A stretch of DNA of 64,000 nucleotides, from the NCBI GenBank assembly GCA_963734495.1, contig CAVTHK010000007.1, forward strand, positions 32,001 to 96,000, in the 5' to 3' direction. The stretch is from an uncultured Spirochaetota bacterium (lineage in GTDB: Bacteria; Spirochaetota; Spirochaetia; SZUA-6; CAVTHK01). Shown piece by piece: positions 32,151 to 40,435 of the stretch (position 1 is the first letter of the stretch; every line of letters starts with the position of its first letter). The position numbers were made by a program, and so were the translations under genes. The notes beneath the pieces were generated by a model, which was not told the origin of the DNA, searched no databases, and saw only the letters and a program-made list of their open reading frames with translations.

Positions 32151-32918
32151 TCAGGGAGTCCCGCGTATTTCTTTCTCGATGCGAGACTTGTTGGCAATCG
32201 CTTCGCTGCGCCTCGAGTCCACCTGCGTCGTCGCCGCGATCTGGCTGTAAACCGCGACGGCTTCGCGCAGCCGGCCGAGACGGTAAAGGATGTTGGCGAG
32301 GAGAAACGACGCGTCGTCGTCGCGCGAGCGCAGCTGCAGCACGCGACGGACGAGCGGCTCGGCCTCGGCGACCTTGTCCAGCTCGAACGTGTCGAGCACC
32401 GCGAGGCCGTACATCGCCTCGGCGTAGTCGGGGTCGATCTCGAGGGCACGGCGGAAGCTCGAGTCGGCGCGGTCGAGCCACAGGCCCCTCTCCGACTGCG
32501 GCTGTGCGCGGCTCACCTGCGCGGCCGAGACTCCGGCATAGTAGAACAGCACCGAGTTGTTCGTGTGAAAGGTCATGGCCTCCTTGAGGCTCTCGTACGC
32601 CTGCTGGTACATCTCCAGGCGCATGTAGGCCACGGCCAGCATCTTGTAGTAGATGCCGAGCTGCTGCGAGGCTTCCACCTTCTTGTCCACGATGCCGCGG
32701 TAGCGCGCGATCTCCCGCCGCAGCTCCTCGATCCTCGCGTCGGACGGGCCCGGCTGGCCCTGCGCCGGCTTCTCCATCTGTACGAGGCCGTCCACGTAGA
32801 AGTCGTCGCGCTTCTCGCACGACGCGAAGCCCGCGAGCACCAGGCACGCGGCGAGGAACCCGCGGATCGACCTGCCGGCGCGGCGGCCGAAGCGGGCGGA
32901 CGGCTGCGAGGGAGCCAT
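32151..32918 (-). CDS. TPR-repeat lipoprotein
   Basis: Lipobox-like FASC; TPR patterns (ALEIDPDYAEAMYGLA); directly abuts motB. Confidence 0.8.
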   Translation of the reverse strand: MAPSQPSARFGRRAGRSIRGFLAACLVLAGFASCEKRDDFYVDGLVQMEKPAQGQPGPSDARIEELRREIARYRGIVDKKVEASQQLGIYYKMLAVAYMRLEMYQQAYESLKEAMTFHTNNSVLFYYAGVSAAQVSRAQPQSERGLWLDRADSSFRRALEIDPDYAEAMYGLAVLDTFELDKVAEAEPLVRRVLQLRSRDDDASFLLANILYRLGRLREAVAVYSQIAATTQVDSRRSEAIANKSRIEKEIRGTP

Positions 32919-33650
32919 CTACAGGTGACCTTCGTTGAGGAGAATCACGTCGACGCGCCGGTTGTAGGCCCGGCCCTCCGGGGTGTCGTTGGACGCCAGC
33001 GGGACGGTGTCCGCGAGGCCCATGACCTGGCACCGCGTGTCGTCGACGCCGTAGTCGGCGAGGTAGTGCAGGATGTTGATCGCGCGCAGGGCGGACAGCT
33101 CCCAGTTGGTCGGGAACGGCCCCCGCGGCTCGGTGGGCACGTTGTCCGTGTGACCCTCGAGCCTGAACTTCCTGCCGGCCATTTCCGGCGCGGACATGAG
33201 CGCGGCGAGCTTCTGGAGCGGCCCGCGCGCCTGGTCCAGGACCACCTCCGCGCTGGCCGGCCTGAAGAACGAATCCGCGGCGAGCGAGATCACCAGCCCG
33301 CGCTCGTCCTCGCGGATGCGCACGGCCTTGGTGCGGATCTCCGACTGGAAGACGGCCGCGGCCGTCTGCCTGGCGCGGCCGAGAAACTTGCCTTTCTCGA
33401 TGGAGGGCAGCGAGTTCACCGAGTTGCCGAGGTCGGCCAGCTTGCCCGCCTGCAGCGTGTTGCCGCCGGCCTGGCTTCCCACGCCCGTGAAGTTGGAGAG
33501 CACGAGCCTGATCTCGCTGACGTCGAGCTTGTCCGAGGAGACGGCGTACAGCATGACGAAGAAGACGAGGAGCTGCGTGACGAGGTCCGAGTAAGTGAGC
33601 AGCCACAGGGGCTGCCCCTCGTCGCGTTTCTTCCTGAACTTCTTGGCCAT
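32919..33650 (-). CDS. motB: flagellar stator MotB/PomB (OmpA-like peptidoglycan-binding domain)
   Basis: WLLTYSDLVT TM with the conserved Asp; EGHTD, NWELSALRA, NRRVD. Confidence 0.92.
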   Translation of the reverse strand: MAKKFRKKRDEGQPLWLLTYSDLVTQLLVFFVMLYAVSSDKLDVSEIRLVLSNFTGVGSQAGGNTLQAGKLADLGNSVNSLPSIEKGKFLGRARQTAAAVFQSEIRTKAVRIREDERGLVISLAADSFFRPASAEVVLDQARGPLQKLAALMSAPEMAGRKFRLEGHTDNVPTEPRGPFPTNWELSALRAINILHYLADYGVDDTRCQVMGLADTVPLASNDTPEGRAYNRRVDVILLNEGHL

Positions 33651-33659
33651 GCCGAGCTC

Positions 33660-34442
33660 CTAGCGAGCGGCCTCCGCCTGCCGCACGGCCTCGCGCCGCG
33701 CCGGAGGCAGGAAGCAGAGGAGCTTTTCCTCGAGGATGCGAGGGTTGTCCCCGGACTGGATCGACAGCACGCCCTCGACCATGATCTCGCGCACCAGGGC
33801 CTCAGCCCCGTCCCGATCTTCGAGCTTCTTCCTGATCTGCCCGAAGATCAGGTACGAGAGGATGATGCCGTAGAACGTCGTGAGCAGCGCGACCGCCATG
33901 CCCTTGCCGATCGTGGTCCGGTCCTCGATCCGGCCGAGCAGGATGATGAGACCCAGGATCGTGCCGAACATGCCGAATGCCGGCGCCTGCGTGGACCAGT
34001 CGGTGATCAGCGAGATCGCGGTCGCGTGGCGCGCCTGGATCTGGTTGAGCTCGTTGTAGAGGATGTTCTTGATGATGTCGGGGTCCGTGCCGTCCACGAC
34101 GAGCTGGATGCCCTTGCGCAGAAAGCCGTCCTCGATCTCCTCGAGGTCGTCCTCGAGGGCGAGCAGCCCTTCGCGGCGCGCCTTTTCGGAGAAGGCCACG
34201 AGCTGCGTGATGAGCCGCTCCTCCTGGAAGTTCTGCGGGGTGAGGGCGTGGCGGACGAACGTGGCGATCTGAAGGACGCGGCTCACCGGGTGAGCGACGA
34301 AGAGCGAAAAGAACGAGGCGCCGACCGTGATCATCAGCGACGGCGGATCGAAAAAGGCGCGCGGATTGCCGCCGCCCCAGAGGATGCCGATCACCGTCAG
34401 CACGAGGCCGCCCGAGACCCCAAGAATTACGCCAATGTCCAT
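33660..34442 (-). CDS. motA: flagellar stator MotA/PomA
   Basis: ARREGLLALE, APAFGMFGT, ALLTTFYG, IQSGDNPR. Confidence 0.93.
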   Translation of the reverse strand: MDIGVILGVSGGLVLTVIGILWGGGNPRAFFDPPSLMITVGASFFSLFVAHPVSRVLQIATFVRHALTPQNFQEERLITQLVAFSEKARREGLLALEDDLEEIEDGFLRKGIQLVVDGTDPDIIKNILYNELNQIQARHATAISLITDWSTQAPAFGMFGTILGLIILLGRIEDRTTIGKGMAVALLTTFYGIILSYLIFGQIRKKLEDRDGAEALVREIMVEGVLSIQSGDNPRILEEKLLCFLPPARREAVRQAEAAR

Positions 34443-34650
34443 ACGCCTATGCTCTCAGTTCGGAAGTCTTGCGCCCACACCGACGGAACGGCCTCGAAAC
34501 CGTTCTCGATTGTATCACGGCAACGGAAGCACGGCGAGAGGACCCGTCCGGGCAGGCCCCGCCCCCGGCAAAGCCCCGCATGAGCCCCACATTTATCTGA
34601 TCGGAATCCGGGACGTCCGCCGATAGCCCGCGAGGCGCCGGGGCCGCGGC

Positions 34651-35040
34651 CTACTTCTTCTCCACGTCCTCTTCCACAAAGAAGCGCAGGATGGTCGAGC
34701 CGGCGACCAGCCGGTCGCCGTAGAGGATGCGGCTCCTCTTTTCCAGCTTCCGCGCGTTCAGCGTCGTGCCGTTGGTCGAGCCCAGGTCCTCCACGTAGAA
34801 CTCGCCGTTCTCGACGCTGACGCGGAAATGGCGCCGGCTCATCAGCGGGTCGGCGATCGCGAAATCGGCGTCGTCCTGCCGTCCCACGATCGTGGCGGGA
34901 CCGGCGATCACGTGGGACCTGCCGAAGAGATTGCGCGAGAGCACGACGAGAATGCCCTGGCTTCCGAGGATGCTTGCGGAACCCGGCTTGCGCGGGTCGG
35001 TCTGCATCGTGGTCCTGTCCTGCGGCCGCTCCATCGTCAT
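34651..35040 (-). CDS. FHA-domain protein
   Basis: VGR..D, MSRRH and DLGSTNGT FHA motifs; start overlaps the guaA stop (ATGA). Confidence 0.88.
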   Translation of the reverse strand: MTMERPQDRTTMQTDPRKPGSASILGSQGILVVLSRNLFGRSHVIAGPATIVGRQDDADFAIADPLMSRRHFRVSVENGEFYVEDLGSTNGTTLNARKLEKRSRILYGDRLVAGSTILRFFVEEDVEKK

Positions 35041-36878
35041 TCCCACTCCACCGTTGCCGGGGGCTTGCCCGTGACGTCGTAGAGGACCAGGTCGACCTGC
35101 GGGAGCTCGCGCCGCAGCCTGGCGGCGATGCGGTCGAGCGCCGCGGGCTCGAGGTCCCTGCCGACCCACGCGGGCCTGCCGGTCATGTAGTCCTGGGTGA
35201 TCACCGCCCGGATCGCGATCGAGAACCGGCGCTCGCGGCCGAACGGCAGCAGCACCGGGAACGTCTGGCTCACGGGCGGCCTGTCGAGCTCCGCCCGCAC
35301 GATCGCGTCCGCCTCCCGCAGCAGGTCGAGGGCCGGCTTCGAGAGCGTCGCCGGGAACACCTCGGCCCCCGCGAGATTGCCGTCGAGCACGTACGCCACG
35401 CGATTGACGAAGTCCAGCCGGTTGGGGATCTCCGCCCCGAGCGTCGCGAGCGTCTCCCAGGCCGGCTTCTGCGCATTCGCCATCACCGCGAGATAGCGGT
35501 AGCTGCGGTTGTCGCCCTGGACGCCGACCGTGCGCAGCGGCACGACCCGCCCGTCCAGGCCGCTTCCCGCGATCTGGCGCTCGAAGCGCGCCGTCTGCTC
35601 GGCCGTGACCGCCTCGCGCGCCTCCGTGCAGATCACGCGGATCCCGAGCCCGGGCCCGGGGAACGGCTGGCGGGCGGCGATGCGCTCGTCGATGCCGAGC
35701 CTGCGCGCCACGTCGCGCACTTCGTCCTTGTGCCAGTCCCAGTTGGTCTCGATCACCCGCCCCCGTGCGCGCGCCTCGCGGATCAGGTCCACGTCGTTGT
35801 GATGGGTCTTGATCCTGTGCGCGTAGCCGCTCACGTCGGGGTTCCCGCTCTCGATGAGGTCGGGCCTCAGCGTGCCCTGGGCCAGGAACGCCTTGTCGAG
35901 GTCGAGGCCCAGCTCCCGCGCGGCGCGGTCGACCACCTTGACGAAGAGCGTCCCGATGATCCGCCGCTTCTCCTCCGGGTCGGTCGTGCGGGCGAGCGGC
36001 CCGATCACGCGCCCGCCGTCCGGCACGGGTGTGTTGTAGAAGTCCTCCCACGCGTTCACCCGCAGCAGGCTCCTCAGGCCGAGCCGCGCGAGGTTCTCGC
36101 AGACCAGGTCGCTCTCGCCCTTGCGCATCAGGCCGTGGTCCACGTGGATCGCGTGCACCTGCTCCGCATCGAGCGCCCGCAGCAGCAGCGCCGCGCTCAC
36201 GGCCGAGTCCACGCCGCCGCTCACCAGCACCACCACGGGATCGCGCCCGACCCGGCTGCGGATCATCTCGATCGACGCCCGGATGCGGTCCTCCAGGACG
36301 TAGGAGCCGCGCAGCGAGCAGATGCGGTAGACGAAGCTGCTGAGCATGGCCCGCCCGTTCTCGGTCAGATCGACCTCGGGGTGGAACTGCACGCCGTAGA
36401 TCGGCCGCTCGCTGTGGCAGATCGCGGCCACGACGTCCTCCGACCGGCCGGCGACGCGAAAGGAGTCCGCCAGGCGCTCCACGGAGTCGCCGTGGCTCAT
36501 GAGCACCCGCTGCCTGCGCCCGAGCCCGGAAAAGAGCGGGCACCCCGGGTCCACCTCGATGACCGTCTCGCCGTACTCGCGGCCGCCGACGCTCCTGATC
36601 ACGCCGCCGAAATGCTGGTTGATGAGCTGCATCCCGTAGCAGATCCCGAGGAACGGCACGGGCAGGTCGAAGAGCGACCGGTCGTAGGGCGGGCTGTCGT
36701 CGGCGTAGACGCTCGCGGGGCCGCCCGAGAGGATGACCCCCTGGTAGTCGCGCAGGTCGGCGGCGCTGACGTCCAGCGGGAAGATGTCGCTGCGCACGGA
36801 GAGCTCCCGCACCCGGCGGTCGATCACCTTGGTGTACTGCCCGCCGCAGTCCAGCACGGCGACCTTCTCAGTCGTCAC
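35037..36878 (-). CDS. guaA: GMP synthase (glutamine-hydrolysing)
   Basis: GICYGMQ, QFHPEV, SGGVDS, RQPFPGPGL, KPPATVEWE. Confidence 0.96.
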   Translation of the reverse strand: MTTEKVAVLDCGGQYTKVIDRRVRELSVRSDIFPLDVSAADLRDYQGVILSGGPASVYADDSPPYDRSLFDLPVPFLGICYGMQLINQHFGGVIRSVGGREYGETVIEVDPGCPLFSGLGRRQRVLMSHGDSVERLADSFRVAGRSEDVVAAICHSERPIYGVQFHPEVDLTENGRAMLSSFVYRICSLRGSYVLEDRIRASIEMIRSRVGRDPVVVLVSGGVDSAVSAALLLRALDAEQVHAIHVDHGLMRKGESDLVCENLARLGLRSLLRVNAWEDFYNTPVPDGGRVIGPLARTTDPEEKRRIIGTLFVKVVDRAARELGLDLDKAFLAQGTLRPDLIESGNPDVSGYAHRIKTHHNDVDLIREARARGRVIETNWDWHKDEVRDVARRLGIDERIAARQPFPGPGLGIRVICTEAREAVTAEQTARFERQIAGSGLDGRVVPLRTVGVQGDNRSYRYLAVMANAQKPAWETLATLGAEIPNRLDFVNRVAYVLDGNLAGAEVFPATLSKPALDLLREADAIVRAELDRPPVSQTFPVLLPFGRERRFSIAIRAVITQDYMTGRPAWVGRDLEPAALDRIAARLRRELPQVDLVLYDVTGKPPATVEWE

Positions 36879-38359
36879 GGGCCGCCTGCTCCCGCCTCGA
36901 CCGCCTCGACCGCGGCAGATTGCGCGAGCGCGGCCGCGACCCTGTCAAGACGCCGCTCCTCGCGCACGGCCGTGTCGAGCGCCACCTGGGCCGCGAGACC
37001 CGCGTAGGCCGCCGGCTCCTCGAAGAACCGCTGCGGCTCGACGGCGCCCCGCCGCGCCAGCGCCGCGCGCAGCCGCTCCCACACCGCCGGCTGGCCGCGC
37101 AGCACGTCGGCGAGCCTTCGGCCGGAGGAGGCGGCCTCCCGCGAGGCCCGCCGCAGCACCTCGTGCGCCTCTCCTTCGCCCGCCGCGGCGAGCAGGATGT
37201 ACGCCGCCTCGGCGAGCACGTTGTCGCCCGCTGCCTCGAGGTTCGATGCCATCCGGTCGCGGGCTACGTCCAGCGACTCGACCACCGAGAGGGCGCGGTT
37301 GGCGGCCGCCGCGAACCCGGCGAGGTATTCGGCGACAAAGCGGGACGAGGCGGAGTTGGTCAGGTCGCGCTGGTGCTCCGAGATCTGGTCCATGAAGAAG
37401 GTCATGACCCTCGGGGCGAAGGCCTTCCACAGGCTTTTCACGTGCTCGCTGTTCCAGGGGTTGCGCTTCTGCGGCATCGTCGAGGACCCGACCTGGGAAT
37501 CCGCGAAGCCCTCGCGCACCTCGTCGATCTCCGAGCGCTGGAGGTTCCGCAGGTCGTCGGCCAGGTTGGCGAGGACCCCGAAGGCCGTGTTCATCTCGAG
37601 CAGCACGAGGAGAAGGTACTCGGGCTCCACGATCTGCGTCGAGTGGTCCGAGGGCTTGAGGCCCAGCCTGGCCAGCACCTCGGTCTCGAAGGCGCGCGGG
37701 TCCCGGACCATGAGGGCGGTCGCGTTGTAGGCCCCGACCGCGCCCGCCAGTTTCCCGCGGAGGTCCGCGCTGCGGGCTTCGAGGCGCTCGATCGACTTGC
37801 CCAGCCGCGAGACGTACTCGGCCAGCGCGAAGCCGAAGGTGATCGGCACCGCGTGCTGCCCGTGCGTCCGCCCCACCTGGGGAGTCGCGGCCTCGCGGCG
37901 GGCGAGCTCGATCAGCGCCCGCTCGAGGCGGATCAGCACGGGAAGGATCGCGCCGCGCACGGCGTCCCGCACCTGAAGGGCCGCGGCCGTGTCCCTGATG
38001 TCGTAGGAGGTCGCCCCGAGGTGGACCAGGTGACGCACCGCGGGCGGGACCTTCCGCTTGAGCACGTTGACCAGGGCCCGCAGGTCGTGGTGCGTCTTTT
38101 CCTCTTCGGCGTTGACCTCTTCGGGGTCGATCCCCTCCCGCTCGAGGGCGGCGAGGGCCTTGCCCACCGCTTCGCGGTCCGGAATGTCCGGGTCGAGGCG
38201 GATGAGCGCGGCCAGGAGGGCAAGCTCGACGCGGACGCAGGTCCGCACGCGACCGTTCTCGCTGAGGTTCGCGGCGAGGCTCTCGAAGAGCTCGCGGTTC
38301 GCGAGCAGGTACCTGTGGTCGAGCGGCGAGATGTTGGCGAAAATGTCGCGCGCGGGCAT
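36875..38359 (-). CDS. purB: adenylosuccinate lyase
   Basis: ISPLDHRY, HLGATS, GRTHGQHA, GSSTMPQKRNP; cotranscribed with guaA. Confidence 0.93.
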   Translation of the reverse strand: MPARDIFANISPLDHRYLLANRELFESLAANLSENGRVRTCVRVELALLAALIRLDPDIPDREAVGKALAALEREGIDPEEVNAEEEKTHHDLRALVNVLKRKVPPAVRHLVHLGATSYDIRDTAAALQVRDAVRGAILPVLIRLERALIELARREAATPQVGRTHGQHAVPITFGFALAEYVSRLGKSIERLEARSADLRGKLAGAVGAYNATALMVRDPRAFETEVLARLGLKPSDHSTQIVEPEYLLLVLLEMNTAFGVLANLADDLRNLQRSEIDEVREGFADSQVGSSTMPQKRNPWNSEHVKSLWKAFAPRVMTFFMDQISEHQRDLTNSASSRFVAEYLAGFAAAANRALSVVESLDVARDRMASNLEAAGDNVLAEAAYILLAAAGEGEAHEVLRRASREAASSGRRLADVLRGQPAVWERLRAALARRGAVEPQRFFEEPAAYAGLAAQVALDTAVREERRLDRVAAALAQSAAVEAVEAGAGGP

Positions 38360-38499
38360 GGCCGCACTAGTAGAGCATTGCAGCGAAAGTGTAAAGCGCT
38401 GAAGCGCAGGACAGCCTGGCGCGCTCGCCGGGCCGCCGCCGCGCCGCCCCCCCTGCCCCCCCGGTGCTTCGCGGGGTATACTCCTCGGGAGGAGCCGCC

Positions 38500-40428
38500 A
38501 TCACGGATTACGACAAGCTCTTCGCCAGGGCCCTCGAGGCGGGGCGCAACCGGGACTACCGGACCGCCGCGGACCTCCTCACCGAGGTCGCCGGGGGGAG
38601 CGACCGGCACCCCCAGGCGCTGCTCTACCTCGGGCGCGCCTGCCACGCCCTGGGCGACCTTCCCCGCGCGGTCTATGCCCTCGAGCTCTACCTCAAGACC
38701 GCGCCGGAGTCCGCCGCCGGGCGCTTCTTTCTCGGCAGGGCCTGCCTCGCGCTCGGGCTCGCGGGCCGCGCCGCGGCGCTCCTCGAGGCGGTGGTGCGCG
38801 CGCAGCCTCGCTTTGCCGCCGCCGAGAGCCTGCTCGGGCTGGCGCTCCTGCGGCTGCGCCGGGTCGACCGGGCGCTGGAGCACTTCGAGAGCGCCGTCCG
38901 CCTGGAGCCCGACAACGAGCGGATCGCCAACGGCTACCTCGGGGCCCTCGTGGTCAAGGGCATCCGGGCGGCGCGGCGCGGGCTCTCGGGCGAGGCGGAG
39001 CAGATCTTCCGATTCGTGCTCGAGAAGCGGCCGGACAACCTTCTGTCTCACGTGTACCTGGGAAGGATCTACCGGGAGGCCGGCCGCGCGGACCTGGCGC
39101 TCAGCCACTACGGCCGGGCGTGCGAGCTCGCCCCGGATGACCAGGTCCTGCTCGTGCTGTCCTCGATCTCGGCCATGCGGGCCGGGCGCGCCGACCTGGC
39201 GTCCGCCGCCCTGGAAAAGCTCTCGGCCGCCGTGGGCCGGGACGAGGCGTTCGCCCGCGCGCTTTCCGGGAACCCCGACCTGCTGCCCAGGCTCGCGGCG
39301 CTGAGCTTTTTCCAGGGCCGCCGCTTCCGCGAGGCGCTGCGCGCGGGAAAGGTCGCGCTGCGCGCGGACTACCACGACGCCGAGATGCACTCCCTCGTGG
39401 CGAGCGCCTACCTCACGTTAGGCGAAGCCGGCCGCGCCCGCAATCACTTCGAGCGCGCGCTGCAGTACGGCGCCTCGCGCCTGGAGGCCTCGTACGGCCT
39501 CGCCCTCGCGCTCTGGGAGCTGCGGGAGCACGAGGAGCTGCTGCGGGTCGCGAACCGCATCGAGCACCTGCGGCCGGGCGACCGGGCGGGCCGCTACTTC
39601 CGCGCGCTCGCGCGCTCGGCGACGGAGAAAGCCGGCGGCGAGCTGGTCGCGGGCCTGCAGGAGGCGATCCGCGAGAGCGGGCCGGACGAGTACCTGATGA
39701 CCGCCCTCGGCAGGGCCTACCTCGACACGGGCCTCGCCCGCCTCGCGGTCGGCTGGCTCGAGCGCGCGCTCAAGCTCGCACCCGGTCACGGCGAGGCCCT
39801 CGAGCTGCTGCTCGAGGCCCGCGAGGAGCTGGAGGAGGACGAGGAGCTGCCGGCGGCCTATCGCCGTTACCTCGAGCGTTTCCCGAGGCGCGACAAGGCG
39901 AGGCGGCGTTTCGTGGACTGCCTGACGGGCCGTGGCCTCTGGGAGGAGGCCTCGCGCGAGATCCTCGTTCTCCTGACCCGGCAACCGGCGAGCCGGGCCC
40001 TCAGGAAGATGCTCGCCAACTGCTACCTGATGACGCGCCACTATCGCGACGCGGCGGTGCTGTACCGCGGGCTGCTGCGCGACGAGCCGCGATCGCTCGC
40101 GCTGCTGCGCGCCCTCGTCCGCTGCCTGGACCGCATGCGCAGCCACCGCTCGGCCATCGTGCTTCTGGAGAAAGCCGACCCCTTCTTCAAGGGCCACGTC
40201 GAAGTCCTTCTGCCCCTCGGCGTCCTTTACATAAAGGTCAAGGACTTCGAGCGCGCGCAGGCCACGCTGCGGCGGGTCCTCGCGGCGGCGCCAAAGGACT
40301 GGCGGGCCCATCACAACCTCGGCCGCGCCTACGCGAAGGCGGGCCAGCAGGTCTTTGCCGAACGCTTCTTCGAATCCGCCCGCAGATACAGGGCCGCCGC
40401 CGAAAGCGAGGGCGATCGGCGGCGGTAG
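38500..40428 (+). CDS. multi-TPR protein
   Basis: Many TPR repeats. The start is probably ATC at 38500 (after TATACT 38477-38482 and GGAGGAG); the ORF track uses GTG at 38464. Confidence 0.8.
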   Translation: MTDYDKLFARALEAGRNRDYRTAADLLTEVAGGSDRHPQALLYLGRACHALGDLPRAVYALELYLKTAPESAAGRFFLGRACLALGLAGRAAALLEAVVRAQPRFAAAESLLGLALLRLRRVDRALEHFESAVRLEPDNERIANGYLGALVVKGIRAARRGLSGEAEQIFRFVLEKRPDNLLSHVYLGRIYREAGRADLALSHYGRACELAPDDQVLLVLSSISAMRAGRADLASAALEKLSAAVGRDEAFARALSGNPDLLPRLAALSFFQGRRFREALRAGKVALRADYHDAEMHSLVASAYLTLGEAGRARNHFERALQYGASRLEASYGLALALWELREHEELLRVANRIEHLRPGDRAGRYFRALARSATEKAGGELVAGLQEAIRESGPDEYLMTALGRAYLDTGLARLAVGWLERALKLAPGHGEALELLLEAREELEEDEELPAAYRRYLERFPRRDKARRRFVDCLTGRGLWEEASREILVLLTRQPASRALRKMLANCYLMTRHYRDAAVLYRGLLRDEPRSLALLRALVRCLDRMRSHRSAIVLLEKADPFFKGHVEVLLPLGVLYIKVKDFERAQATLRRVLAAAPKDWRAHHNLGRAYAKAGQQVFAERFFESARRYRAAAESEGDRRR

Positions 40429-40435
40429 CCCGGGG

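Noticed and set aside
32151-34442. Zorya (ZorAB) anti-phage system
   Set aside because: MotA is canonical length with no long ZorA tail, keeps the flagellar REGLLALE rotor-contact motif, and no ZorC/D/E genes are adjacent.
34443-34650. sigma28 promoter for motAB
   Set aside because: GCCGATAG is on the wrong strand with no TAAA at the proper spacing; only an extended -10 (TGaTACAAT) is visible.
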